The position numbers and the translations under genes are program-made. This document shows, piece by piece, positions 1-10,204 of a stretch of DNA of 64,000 nt. Position 1 is the first letter of the stretch, and every line of letters starts with the position of its first letter. Source of the DNA: Candidatus Poribacteria bacterium (lineage in GTDB: Bacteria; Poribacteria; WGA-4E; PCPOR2b); the NCBI GenBank assembly GCA_965218095.1, contig OZ244587.1:6240001-6304000 (forward strand). Direction: 5' to 3'. Below the pieces are notes generated by a model. The model ran no database searches. It saw nothing but the letters and a program-made list of their open reading frames with translations, and was not told the DNA's origin.

Positions 1-342
1 AGTTATATTTTTTTGTTCCCCTGTGCGGAGGTTCATGACAAAAATATGGCTGAATCCCAAATTGTTAACCCAATTGAGAGCAACGAATTTGCCATCCGGC
101 GACCAATCTACTCTGCCAAAAAACGCTTCAGGGTTTTCGAGCCACTTCCGTTCGTTGCTGCCATCAGCCTCAATCAGATAAATCGTTGTCTCGAAGCCTT
201 CATTTGGGGGTTTACTATTTCGACTGGACAGGAACGCAATCGTACCTTTTGGCGTCGCAGCGGCATACTGGAAGGTCAATAGAGAAAACGAACAGATGAA
301 AAATGTCAAGGAGAAAAACATGACAAATAATTTGGGTTTCAT
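1..342 (-). CDS. TolB-like/PD40 beta-propeller exported protein, partial (runs off the left edge; not in the ORF track)
   Basis: Manual translation from ATG 342: MKPKLFVMFFSLTFFICSFSLLTFQYAAATPKGTIAFLSSRN...IYLIEADGSNERK...VDWSPDGKFVAL; signal peptide plus WSPDG repeat; GAGAGGAAG RBS. Confidence 0.85.
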   Translation of the reverse strand, partial: MKPKLFVMFFSLTFFICSFSLLTFQYAAATPKGTIAFLSSRNSKPPNEGFETTIYLIEADGSNERKWLENPEAFFGRVDWSPDGKFVALNWVNNLGFSHIFVMNLRTGEQKNIT

Positions 343-383
343 CGTTTCAAACTTCCTCTCATTTCTCTCATACAAATCTGACG

Positions 384-422
384 TTTTTTGAAGGCGATGG
401 TTAGCCCATCACCTTCAAAAAA
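384..422 (-). terminator. Intrinsic terminator, possibly bidirectional
   Basis: TTTTTTGAAGGCGATGG-TTAGC-CCATCACCTTCAAAAAA; the single mismatch is a G-U pair on the minus-strand RNA; lies just after the 437..1009 stop. Confidence 0.85.
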
Positions 423-436
423 CTCAACTGAAAACT

Positions 437-1009
437 TTAATCAGCAGTTTTCGTGGCTGGGGTTGTCGGTGTCGAAGGAGTGACGCCTTGCTCAAACTGG
501 TCGGGATGGAATGCTGCGGTCCATTTTTGGGCAGCACCATCAAGGGCATTGTCCCATTCAGCACCGGGAACACCACCGGAAAACAAGTTGGTGTAAGCAC
601 CTGCTTTGTAGTTCGAACCTGAACCCAAGGTGTGGGTAATAGTCTGGGTTGTTGTGAAAGTACCAATCGTGTTTTTATGGACCGTAAAACCGATATTATC
701 CGTCTCAGTTTCTGTTGGTCCGTTGGGCAACTCGGTCCATTGGGCTTTGACTTTCACCTTCTGTTTTGTATCATCAAACTTGTGGCTGTGATCATTATCG
801 TACTTTACCGAGTGGTGTGTAGTCGCTTTAAACAATTCACCAACGGGATTTTCGATAGTAAACACCAACGCATTGTAAGAAACCCATTCTTTTGAACTGA
901 TATCTGCATATGCTACCTGAAAGTGGAACAGAATTTCTACAGATAAACTCATAAGTAGGAATGTGGTGGCCCAAAAAAGTTTCAAAGGTGCTGAAGCCTG
1001 CTTCAACAT
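437..1009 (-). CDS. Hypothetical exported protein
   Basis: 190-aa ORF, AGGAGG RBS, hydrophobic N-terminus ending AYA, Thr/Pro-rich tail, followed by a terminator. Confidence 0.75.
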   Translation of the reverse strand: MLKQASAPLKLFWATTFLLMSLSVEILFHFQVAYADISSKEWVSYNALVFTIENPVGELFKATTHHSVKYDNDHSHKFDDTKQKVKVKAQWTELPNGPTETETDNIGFTVHKNTIGTFTTTQTITHTLGSGSNYKAGAYTNLFSGGVPGAEWDNALDGAAQKWTAAFHPDQFEQGVTPSTPTTPATKTAD

Positions 1010-1512
1010 GTCTAGACCTCCTTGTATTTGGTCATCATGGAATTAGATAGTTGGCTGAAACGCTCTCTTTAAACTGATTAAAACTTTTTGAAATAGAAAT
1101 GGCTACTTTTGTACTTCATGGTAAACAGCCTTCCTTTTCAGTTTCGCATCGTTCCAACATGGAAACTATGCCATCTTTAACTTTAAGCTTTTCTTTCGGG
1201 GTATCCATTATATGTCGGCATATAGTACATCACATAATAGAGGTAAAATCAACAGAAATGTATTGCTAATCCATCTCTGTAGGAAGTATAAGAATTATCC
1301 TTCTCCCAGGCACCCTTAGCGGCGCCCTCATCGTTATCGTCGCCATCGTTTGCAAAACGATCGACAAAAGGGGTCGGTGGAGCCAGCAAGAAAGTTATTA
1401 TCGAAAGGTCAGTGTCGAAACTCAACCATAATTGATTTAGGGTTGCAATCTGCCTTCCACTGAGCATTGGAAGAACAAGCCTAAAACAGTTTACGAATGA
1501 ACTCAATAATTG

Positions 1513-1527
1513 GCAATTCTTGTGCCA
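1513..1527 (-). promoter_or_regulatory. sigma54 (-24/-12) promoter
   Basis: Minus strand reads TGGCAC-AAGAA-TTGC, an exact TGGCAC-N5-TTGC match, directly downstream of a sigma54-activator gene. Confidence 0.7.
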
Positions 1528-1571
1528 TTTCTCTATGAGGAAACCTATGCGGTCACAGGCTTTGATGTTTC

Positions 1572-1605
1572 TGCCATTTTGGCAACCCAAATGCCATCTC
1601 TGGCA
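1572..1605. promoter_or_regulatory. Paired palindromic enhancer (UAS) candidates
   Basis: TGCCA-TTT-TGGCA (1572-1584) and TGCCA-TCTC-TGGCA (1592-1605), upstream of the sigma54 promoter. Confidence 0.55.
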
Positions 1606-1615
1606 AATTCCTAGC

Positions 1616-2570
1616 TTATAAATTGTACTTTGTTAATTTTCGGCAAAAAGTTCGCAGTGGTATATTCAGGAGACGCGCTGCTTCTGCCTTATCCCCACCT
1701 GTCTGTTCCAACGCGTGACGGAGATACTGTCGTTCGTAACGTGCCAATGCCTCTTTCAATGGCAAGACGTTGTCTTCACCGATTTCTTCTGTCTCATCGT
1801 CCAGATGGGGTGCAAAATCAGTGGCATTCAACTCAGACTTCTCCGTCAGGAGAAACACCCGCTTAAGCGGCGACTTGAGTTTACGCACGTTTCCCGGCCA
1901 CGCATATTTTTCCAATAAAGAATAAACATTAGTCTGGAGTCCAACAGGTCGCCGAAACTCAATGATGAATCCTTCCAAGAAATAATCGACGAGCAGGGAG
2001 ATATCAGTGCGTCGTTCCCGCAAGGGAGGTAGGTAAACCGGCATGGTGTTAAGCCGGTAAAACAGATCTGACCTGAAGGCACCGTCACGTACTGCTGTTT
2101 TCAAATCACGATTGCTCGCGGCGATAATCCTCACATCAACAACTGCTACTGTTCCACCTAGCGGCGAAACAGTTTTCGTTTCAATAGACCCGCAGCAACT
2201 TGGCCTGAAGTTCCAACGGCATCTTCCCAATCTCATCCAGGAGGAGCGTCCCAGCTTCAGCTTGTTGAAACACGCCCTTCCGCACCTCAGATGCTCTAGT
2301 AAACGCGCCTTTGGCGTGGCCGAAGAGCTCGTTCTTGATGAGTGTACCGGGAAGAGCAGCGCAATTGACCGAGACGAACGGTTGTGTCGCCGGACGCCTG
2401 CCTTATGAATCAGTTGTGCGGCGAGGTCTTTTCCAGTCCCCGTTTCCCCCTCAAGCAGAACCGTTTCAGCCGTGGGACAATTTTGCGAATCAACTCACCC
2501 ACACGCTGTATCGCAGCGCTTTGTCCGACAAGCCTCAAATAATTCCACCATTATTCTTTTCACTTTCATG
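1616..2570 (-). pseudogene. sigma54-dependent activator (NtrC-like AAA+ and Fis HTH), frameshifted
   Basis: Motifs lie in different frames: VLLEGETGTGKDLAAQLIH / [10 protein letters not shown]...[13 protein letters not shown]...[20 protein letters not shown] / FRSDLFYRLN, WPGNVR, C-terminal AARLLNI HTH. Confidence 0.85.
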
Positions 2571-2913
2571 CCCTGACAACAGGACCGGCAGCTTTGCCGG
2601 ATACAAAATCGACCCCAAACGGCGTCAACACTTGGTTAAGTCGGGGCGGGTTGTTCCCGAAAAATCGGTTTCCCCAAAGCTCTAAAAGCGGGTCCATTTT
2701 GCTCTCTTTTATCCACCAATTCACGCGAATCTTCGCGCAGAGAAGTTGTGGCCCATTCGCGTGATTCGCGGATGGGTGATTTTAACCGCCATCAACTTAA
2801 CGAGACGATCAGTGGGTTTGGCGCATTTGCGTCAGCGTGGGGTTGTGCACAAATCGGCGACGGTGCGACAAAGTGAAAATTCCTTTTGGGGTATTATTTA
2901 GCACTTTTTGGAG

Positions 2914-3828
2914 TCATAAGCCTAATTTGACCTGCCCCCAAGTTAAAGACAATTTCCCCACAGGATCTAATGCCGCTGAACCATCAGGTCTCCAAGATGG
3001 ATGGTTGCCTTCAAACAGAATTTCCAGATCAGTCCCATTGGCTTTCATCACGCCGATTTTGATATTATGAATCAACTGAACGGAAAAGGCAATATGAGTA
3101 CCTGTTGGGGACCAGGAAGGATCATTTTCGCCGCCATCGGTGATGCGTTTGAAGTTTGCCCCATCCGCATCCATGAGGCAGATGCCAGGTTTGCGATCCC
3201 GATTTGAGAAGAAGGCAATTTGACGCCCATCGGGAGACCAGGCGGGCGCGTGATCATCTGCCGGATGCTTGGTGAGCTGACGTAATCGTGTTCCATCGGC
3301 GTCGATGACATGGATTTCGTGTTGCCGTTCATGCTTGATTGTGAATGCAATCCGGCTTCCACCTGGCGACCAAGCTGGGGCACCAAGACCATTATCCATC
3401 GGATGGAAGAACAGCGGGGTTTCTTCTTTCGTTTTGAGATCAAAAACCGTAAGTACTTGGACACTTGTAAAGGCAATTTTCTCACCGTCAGCGGACCAGG
3501 TTGGACGTGAAAATGAAGGAGAACGTATTATGCGTGTCAGATGGCGGCCGTCTGCATCCATCATATAAATCCAGGAAGGCGGGCTGGCGGCGACGAACGC
3601 AATCTTTTTTCCATCTGGTGACCAAGTTGGCCAAATTGGACCGGCCGGACTTTTTAGTTGCTGGGGAACGGTTCCATCCGAATTGATGATAATAATTTCC
3701 CTGCCAGGTTTAAATTCGTCTGATACAAGGGCAATTTGCGACCCCCAGGCAAGATTGGCTCGAAATCCGAATCCTCCGAGGAAACCAAATCCCATCCCGA
3801 TGAATGTGACGAACAGGGCTTTTTTCAC
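2914..3828 (-). CDS. TolB-like PD40 beta-propeller exported protein with Poribacteria-type C-terminal tail
   Basis: Repeated P-x-WSPDG motifs; likely GTG start at 3828 after AAAGGAGG; ends ALDPVGKLSLTWGQVK. Confidence 0.88.
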   Translation of the reverse strand: MKKALFVTFIGMGFGFLGGFGFRANLAWGSQIALVSDEFKPGREIIIINSDGTVPQQLKSPAGPIWPTWSPDGKKIAFVAASPPSWIYMMDADGRHLTRIIRSPSFSRPTWSADGEKIAFTSVQVLTVFDLKTKEETPLFFHPMDNGLGAPAWSPGGSRIAFTIKHERQHEIHVIDADGTRLRQLTKHPADDHAPAWSPDGRQIAFFSNRDRKPGICLMDADGANFKRITDGGENDPSWSPTGTHIAFSVQLIHNIKIGVMKANGTDLEILFEGNHPSWRPDGSAALDPVGKLSLTWGQVKLGL

Positions 3829-4293
3829 TTTGATTTTTCCTCCTTTAGCAGCGAACAGGCAGGCCTCTTGGAAAGCAGGCCTGCCTGATTTTGCATGGAT
3901 CATGCGATGAGCGAGTAAAGGCAACAGACCGCCGAGTTTGAGTTTACGGGCAAGTGCTAATGTTAAATTGTCCACAAGCGGTCTGCAGATCTCCGTTCGG
4001 CAAATCCGGAAAAAACCACTCTGTCACTGCTTGTCCATCATAATCACAATTTTCACCAGTAGCATCCAATATATACACGACTGAAAGGTTGTACGTATGG
4101 GTTCGTTCCTGGTTGCCCGGAACGACGAGATCGCCTTCAACCTTGGGAGGACTGGCGCTGCGATTACAGTCTTCTGGGGAGGGAGGGGTTACTCTTCCGG
4201 TAATTCAAGCGATTTCCAACTCGCCATTTATAGTTGCCAGGATTGTAGCACAATTCGATCAGCAATTAAACACAAAAACACCTCGTGTGGAAG

Positions 4294-5379
4294 TCATAAT
4301 CGATAAAACGCCCGTGCGTTTTCAGCCAAGATCTTCTTTGTCAGTGACTCCGGCAACCCCATCGGCAGCGACTCCTCTGGCGAATCAAACTGCCAGTGTG
4401 GGTAGTCCGTCGAGAACATCAGCATGTCTTCCGAATCGAGTTGACCAATCATCCGAAGGAACTGGCTGGAATCTGGCGGCGCATCCATTGGCTGAAGCGT
4501 CATGCGGATATGCTCGCGCATATACTCCGATGGCAGCCGTTTGACCCACGGCGTATTATGTCGCAGGCCTCTCCACTCCTTATCAATCCGCCACATGACC
4601 GGCGGCATCCACGTAAAACCGCCTTCGATTAAGACAACCCGCAGATCTGGAAACCGGTCGAAGGCACCTTCCGTGACCAAACTGATGACCTGTGCCTGGA
4701 AAACCTGCCCCATACCAGCGTACTCCTCCAGATACGTCGAAAACCAGCCGCTTGGCGATGGGGGGATGCCTGGGGCCCCGCCGTAGTGAATGCCAATCGC
4801 AAGGTCATGGTGGACAGCGGCTTCGAAAATGGGGTCATAGTGGCGATTCCCGTAAGGTATCAGCGAACGCACCGGCAGCAATGCCTGCACAAACCCGGGG
4901 TGGTCTCCCAGCCGTTCAATCTCCCTCGCCGCCAACGGTGGGTTCTGACTCGATACAACCAGCGAAGCCCGAAGCCGAGGCTCCGGGTCAAGCCAATGCT
5001 CGATTTGCCAGTCGTTGGTTGCAGAAGCGAGCACCGCCGCCAAGTCTTCATTATGCACGGTTTGCACCCGATACGCGCAGGTCAGAATACCGTACTCAGC
5101 TTCCCAGAAGTCAAGCATCTGCTCGCGCAGCAACTCCAAATCTGATCCCGGAGGCCCACCGGAAGGCGGTGTCGTATCGGGCAGCGCCGTAGTGGGTGCG
5201 CCCTTGGGATAGTCACTTGCTTCAGGTCCCACGAAGGCGGATTCGTTGCAGTAGTCGCACCAGAAGTCCGGTAGGTACAGGTAAAGCGTTTCGAGTGACG
5301 GGACCTCGTTGTGAATGTCACAGTCAATCAATGGCAAGTCTGACCGAACGAAACTCGGTTTTGTATTCCATGCCTCCAT
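4294..5379 (-). CDS. Amidohydrolase family protein (Amidohydro_2)
   Basis: IDCDIH metal motif, GIHYGG, VLIEGGFTW, LMFSTDYPHWQFD. Confidence 0.9.
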   Translation of the reverse strand: MEAWNTKPSFVRSDLPLIDCDIHNEVPSLETLYLYLPDFWCDYCNESAFVGPEASDYPKGAPTTALPDTTPPSGGPPGSDLELLREQMLDFWEAEYGILTCAYRVQTVHNEDLAAVLASATNDWQIEHWLDPEPRLRASLVVSSQNPPLAAREIERLGDHPGFVQALLPVRSLIPYGNRHYDPIFEAAVHHDLAIGIHYGGAPGIPPSPSGWFSTYLEEYAGMGQVFQAQVISLVTEGAFDRFPDLRVVLIEGGFTWMPPVMWRIDKEWRGLRHNTPWVKRLPSEYMREHIRMTLQPMDAPPDSSQFLRMIGQLDSEDMLMFSTDYPHWQFDSPEESLPMGLPESLTKKILAENARAFYRL

Positions 5380-5474
5380 AAATTTCTCCTGCTGTGAAAA
5401 TCATCCAATCTGCTAAATATTGGCATCAATCCGTACTTGCTTGCCCTGCTGCTTTGTCTCAGGGTTTACGGGCG

Positions 5475-5939
5475 TTAGCTAGATACCGCATCTGCCCAAT
5501 CTTCAGGTGTCAAGATTTGTGCAGTGCCTTCCTCCCCTGGAGTAACCCGGTGAAAGTCACTCTGTTCTACGAGGTAGCGCCCGGTTCGCTCTGCTGTGTC
5601 GGGGTAGGTAAAGTGCATGATAAATCCCTTTTCCCCTGCACACCAAGCATGCGTATTCCCTATACCGCCTGGAATGTAGGTCGAAGTTCCTGGGTCTGCA
5701 CGACGATAGATTCCATTAACGAAGGCAAATCCGGGGCCGTCGGAACTCTGGTCAATCGTGATGATTTCGCCCAAGTTGTGGTAATGCGGAGGGACAAACT
5801 CTCCTGAACCGAAAATAGCAACGCCATAACAAAACTCGCCGACTTCTTCGATATAAATCTTAACACTTGTTAATCCTTCCATCTTCACTTCTTTGGCGGT
5901 TTCTGGGGTAACCGTGTAGGGATAAGATCTGGCGCTCAT
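5475..5939 (-). CDS. Cupin-domain protein
   Basis: PPHYH...E and YIPGGIGNTH cupin-like motifs; GGAGG RBS. Confidence 0.65.
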   Translation of the reverse strand: MSARSYPYTVTPETAKEVKMEGLTSVKIYIEEVGEFCYGVAIFGSGEFVPPHYHNLGEIITIDQSSDGPGFAFVNGIYRRADPGTSTYIPGGIGNTHAWCAGEKGFIMHFTYPDTAERTGRYLVEQSDFHRVTPGEEGTAQILTPEDWADAVSS

Positions 5940-5969
5940 AACGAAACCTCCATGTGGATTGGGTATTAT

Positions 5970-6164
5970 CTATAGTGTTTGGCCCGTAAGGATTAGCACG
6001 GCATTAGCACTGAACTCATTGCAGGTAGTTTCTTGGAAGTCTAATAGAGCGCAGCGAAGAATCTCCTCTTTCTCCGCTTGATGAAATCGACGGGTCAGAG
6101 GTTGACTATCGCTGATGTGGGCATCATCGAAAAAGAGTTGTCGATGGTATGGCGTCAAATACAT
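5970..6164 (-). pseudogene. Remnant of a larger (probably glycosyl-hydrolase-like propeller) gene
   Basis: GAGGAGG RBS; N-terminus RQLFFDDAHI...LTRRFHQAEK resembles the start of much longer proteins; only 64 aa remain. Confidence 0.35.
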
Positions 6165-6258
6165 GCATCCTCCTCAAGAAAAACTTAATTTTAGTTCTGT
6201 CATCAATTCATCCATCGCCTGTTGACGGAGGTCGTAAACCGAGAGCGGGAAGCTCCCT

Positions 6259-7391
6259 TTATTCCCTTACTCCATCCAATCCCATCTCCTGAAGCGAGTC
6301 TGCGTGGATGAGCTGCCGACGTAACCGACGCAGATCCTCAAGGAACGAGATTGCCTCAACCCGTTGAACCGTTGTTTCGGGGACGGGAGCAAATTTCTCC
6401 TGCAATTGTTCTAGGTTCTGTTGACATTTGAGTATAAGGTTATTGGCATAATAGAAGAATGATGCCAATAACCTTACCCGATGACCAATGGAATAAGATA
6501 TACTCGTTTCTTCTAACTTGTCCCAACATCTATGTTGGCAACGAAGCGACAACACGCCGCTTTATCGAAGCTGTTCTCTGGGCGACCCGTAGCGGGGCTC
6601 AATGGAGACTTCTACCAGGCACCTATGGTAAATCGAACACCCTCTATAAGCGGTTTGCTCGGTGGTGCGACAAAGGGGGCTTCACACAGATCCACTACCA
6701 CTTCGCCGCCGACCCCGATATCGAGTCGCTTATTGTGGACAGTACAATCTGCCGCGCGCACCCGTGTACGGCGGGTGCCGAAAAAAAAAGGGTGGCACTG
6801 AAAACCAAGCGTTAGGCTGCTCTCGCGGGGGATTCAGTACAAAAATTCACATCACCGTTGACGGCCTGGGTAATCCCCTAAGAATACATCTGACGCCCGG
6901 TCAAAGAAACGACATAGCGGAAGCAGAAGCGTTGATACTTGGATATAAAAGCGAGTATGTGATTGGAGACAAGGGATATGACTCCGACAATTTTATCGCG
7001 GTTATTGAGGCGAATGGAGCGATTGCGGTGATACCGCCAAAAAGTCATCGTGTGGATCAAAGAGATTACGACAAACATCTGTACAAAGAGAGACATCGGG
7101 TTGAATGTTTCATTAACAAGATAAAATGGTATCGCCGCATCTTCTCTCGGTTCGAGAAGTTAGCTATCCGTTATTTTGGATTTCTCAGCTTTGTCGCCAC
7201 TCTTATATGGCTCCCTTGAAATGTCAACAGAACCTAACAGAACATCTTAAAAAATGGTAAGCTATGCTTGCATCGGGTTCTTCTTGAATTGCTTTAATAA
7301 AATATCTTTCAGCCTCCTGTAGATCGCCTTGGTTCCACAATTCTAACGCTTGATGACCAAGATATTTTTCATTGTTGTGTTTCATTTTCAT
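6259..7391 (-). pseudogene. TPR fragment plus DUF4351-like fragment, interrupted by IS5
   Basis: The 7391-7235 part gives ELWNQGDLQEAERYFIKAIQEEP (TPR-like); removing the IS restores DVLLEQLQEKFAPVPETTVQRVEAISFLEDLRRLRRQLIHADSL (DUF4351-like). Confidence 0.55.
6414..7234 (+). mobile_element. IS5-family element, copy 1 (orfA 6459..6815, orfB to 7219, joined by a programmed frameshift)
   Basis: TIRs GGTTCTGTTGACATTT / AAATGTCAACAGAACC, TA duplication; A-run followed by GGG at about 6781; motifs GAQWRLLP, SRGGFSTKIH, GDKGYDSD, YKERHRVE. Confidence 0.95.
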
Positions 7392-7399
7392 TTCGTTGC

Positions 7400-8737
7400 T
7401 TACTCAAGTGGATCAACTTTCCGGTACGCACAATCGAGAAGTTCGATTGGGTGCATCACTTTCATTGGCAGTTCACGTTCTTTAACGCCGAGTTGGATTT
7501 GCAAAATACAGCCTGGATTCCCTGTTACAACAATTTCGGCGTCTGCCTCGGCGACGTGCTTCATCTTGCGCGCCAAGATTTCACGCGACATCTCTGGCTG
7601 CGTGATGTTGTAGATGCCGGCGCTTCCACAGCACCATTCCGATTCGGTGAGCTCGATTAACTCCAGCCCCGGAATCGATTGGAGGACTATGCGCGGTTGA
7701 AATTGGATCTTTTGCCCATGAACGAGGTGGCACGGTTCGTCATACGTCACACGCCGGTTGATCTCCCCTTCCGCCGACATCATCTCAATTTCCGCGAGGA
7801 ACTCACTAATATCCTGCATCTTGCTGCTGAACTTTTTCGCTTTTTCGGCATAGACTGGATCGTGTTCCATCAAGGCTTCGTACTCTTTGAGTGTCGCGCC
7901 ACAGCCTGCAGAATTAATGATGATCACGTCCACATCTTCCGCTTCAAAGACATCAATGTTATTTCGAGCGAGCTCTAACGCCGTGTCACGTACACCGTTA
8001 TGCACATGCAGCGCGCCACAGCATGTCTGCTGATGCGGTGTAATCACATCACAACCGTTTTCGGTCAATACGCGGATGGTCGCCAGATTGGTCTCGGTGA
8101 ACACCTGATTCATGACGCAGCCAGAGATAAATCCGACGCGATGCTTCGCCTTTCCTTTGGCGGGGGTAAATTCCCGTATGCTGTACTTGAGGAACGGATT
8201 GGGAATGTCGGGCAGCAATGATTCCATCTCTCCCAGCTTTCCCATCAGTTTGAGAACCCCAAGTTTTTGCACCAGCCAGCGAATCCCAAGGTGTTGATAT
8301 AGCCACATCAGTTCAAAGATGAGGTCTAAGCGATCCTTGTCGGGTAAGAGCTCCTTAAAAGCCAAACGCCTCCAAAACCGCTGTTCGGTTGGGCGCTCGG
8401 TATTCAGTTCATAGATTGCGCGGGCTTCTTCGATAACCTCGCCAAAATGTACACCAGAAGGACATGCGGTTTCACAGGCGCGGCAGTCTAGACAGCGGTA
8501 GATATATTTTGCCCAATCGTCGTTGATCGGCATCGGATTGTTATCCCTGAATGCCGCTCCCATCAGATAGAGCCTTCCACGCGGTGAATCTGTCTCCAGT
8601 CCTAACTCGCGGTAAGTCGGACAGGTTGGTAGGCAGAGCCCGCAATGGGTACAAGCATCCCATTTGTTCCAGCTAAAAAATTCGGACCCGATAAGGGGTT
8701 TAGTCTGTTGATCTGGTTGAGTTTGTGGCTGTTGCAT
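7400..8737 (-). CDS. glcF: Glycolate oxidase Fe-S subunit-like (Fer4 plus CCG domains)
   Basis: CTHCGLCLPTCP, CLDCRACETACP, two CCG motifs, WCCGSAGIYN. Confidence 0.85.
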   Translation of the reverse strand: MQQPQTQPDQQTKPLIGSEFFSWNKWDACTHCGLCLPTCPTYRELGLETDSPRGRLYLMGAAFRDNNPMPINDDWAKYIYRCLDCRACETACPSGVHFGEVIEEARAIYELNTERPTEQRFWRRLAFKELLPDKDRLDLIFELMWLYQHLGIRWLVQKLGVLKLMGKLGEMESLLPDIPNPFLKYSIREFTPAKGKAKHRVGFISGCVMNQVFTETNLATIRVLTENGCDVITPHQQTCCGALHVHNGVRDTALELARNNIDVFEAEDVDVIIINSAGCGATLKEYEALMEHDPVYAEKAKKFSSKMQDISEFLAEIEMMSAEGEINRRVTYDEPCHLVHGQKIQFQPRIVLQSIPGLELIELTESEWCCGSAGIYNITQPEMSREILARKMKHVAEADAEIVVTGNPGCILQIQLGVKERELPMKVMHPIELLDCAYRKVDPLE

Positions 8738-8836
8738 TTTTTGTCCTTACTGACTATGGATAAGCTACGGTTACATTGAAGATGTATACACCCCAGCCTT
8801 GGCGTGAGTGGATACCCATGAAGGCGACGCATTACA

Positions 8837-9286
8837 TCACAGTTCACGTTCCTTTGCTTCAGTGGCGCGTTTAATTGCGACAACCTCCTCCGCCATTCGA
8901 CCTTGTGCATAAGAATCGGCGATGAAACGGTGGATAAGCTTGCCCAGTATTCCTTTTCCGATCTCAAATTCGGCGGTATGCTCCAACTGCGTTCCCTCCG
9001 CTGTTTTCTGAAGCAGAAACCAGGCACGAGCGGATTGAAAGGGACCCTTAATCTGCTCTGCCTCCACACGGTCTGGTGGCAGGAATTGGAATCGAGTTTG
9101 TAAGTGCTGAACCAGTCCGTGAATCTCCTCATCAATTTCCGCGATGATTGTATTCCCTTCTCGACGTACAATTTTCGCATCACGCACGTACCGAAAATAT
9201 CGCGGATAATTCGTAATATCCTGAAGGATCTGGAAAACCGTTTTTGGGCTTGCTTTGATTGCGATTGAAGTGGATAGACGGGACAT
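8837..9286 (-). CDS. SRPBCC/polyketide cyclase (Coq10/RatA-like) protein
   Basis: IAIKASPKTVFQILQDITNYPRYF, QIKGPF...W. Confidence 0.8.
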   Translation of the reverse strand: MSRLSTSIAIKASPKTVFQILQDITNYPRYFRYVRDAKIVRREGNTIIAEIDEEIHGLVQHLQTRFQFLPPDRVEAEQIKGPFQSARAWFLLQKTAEGTQLEHTAEFEIGKGILGKLIHRFIADSYAQGRMAEEVVAIKRATEAKEREL

Positions 9287-9332
9287 GTTTTACAATGTGA
9301 AATACTTCAATGGAACAAGTTGGCAGCTTGTT

Positions 9333-10184
9333 CTAATGGTCTCTCGACGTTGAAATCTTCAGCAACCCTTCATTCAAACTTCCAGATCTATATCCCTGCA
9401 AATCAAGGGCGACATATTTATACCCAAGTGATTTGAACTTTTCGTTAATCCGGGTTCGGATCTGTTTGGTCGCAATGCGCTCGATTTCTTGCGGATCGAC
9501 CTCAATCCGCGCAAGCACATCATGATGACGCACACGGAATTGGCGAATCCCTAAATCGTACAGAAACTGTTCCGCCCGGTCAACTAGGCGTAGGTTTTCG
9601 CGGGTAATCCGTGTGCCATAGGGAAAACGGGAGGAGAGGCAGGCAAAGGCAGGTTTGTCCCACGTCGGCAGCCCCCAACGCTTTGAAACTTCACGGATCT
9701 CCGCCTTTGTAAGATTCACATCAATGAGTGGCGCCTGAATACCCATCTGTTTGGCGGCATCCATGCCAGGACGGTGATCACCGACATCGTCAGGAATTGC
9801 CCCGTAGACGGTCGTGCCGATCTGATATTGTTCGGCAATCGGACGGATCTGTTCAAAGAGCTCAGTTTTGCAGAAATAGCAGCGGTTGGTCGGGTTGCTC
9901 GCGTACCCCTCGGTTTCCAATTCATCAGTATTTATTGTTTCATAACGAATGCGAATCTGTTTAGCAATGTCCTGCGCCGCTTTCATTTCGCGCTCCGGGT
10001 AAGAGTCAGAAACCGCTGTCACGGCAAGGGCGTTTTCTCCCAACGCCCGTTTTGCGGCTTCGGCGAGAAACGTGCTATCGACTCCACCTGAGAATGCGAC
10101 GATCACTTTTCCGTAGGATTTTAATAAATTATCGAGCCGATCTAGCTTCTGATCAATATCTGGATGTTTTACTACTTCGGGCAT
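9333..10184 (-). CDS. larE: ATP-dependent sacrificial sulfur transferase LarE
   Basis: VAFSGGVDS PP-loop, NRCYFCK, DHRPG, WDKPAFACLSSRFPYG, GYRSGSLN. Confidence 0.92.
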   Translation of the reverse strand: MPEVVKHPDIDQKLDRLDNLLKSYGKVIVAFSGGVDSTFLAEAAKRALGENALAVTAVSDSYPEREMKAAQDIAKQIRIRYETINTDELETEGYASNPTNRCYFCKTELFEQIRPIAEQYQIGTTVYGAIPDDVGDHRPGMDAAKQMGIQAPLIDVNLTKAEIREVSKRWGLPTWDKPAFACLSSRFPYGTRITRENLRLVDRAEQFLYDLGIRQFRVRHHDVLARIEVDPQEIERIATKQIRTRINEKFKSLGYKYVALDLQGYRSGSLNEGLLKISTSRDH

Positions 10185-10204
10185 GTGTTTTACCTTTCTG
10201 ATTT

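Noticed and set aside
8837-9286. RatA toxin-antitoxin pair
   Set aside because: Only the generic SRPBCC fold is supported; no RatB/RnfH neighbour
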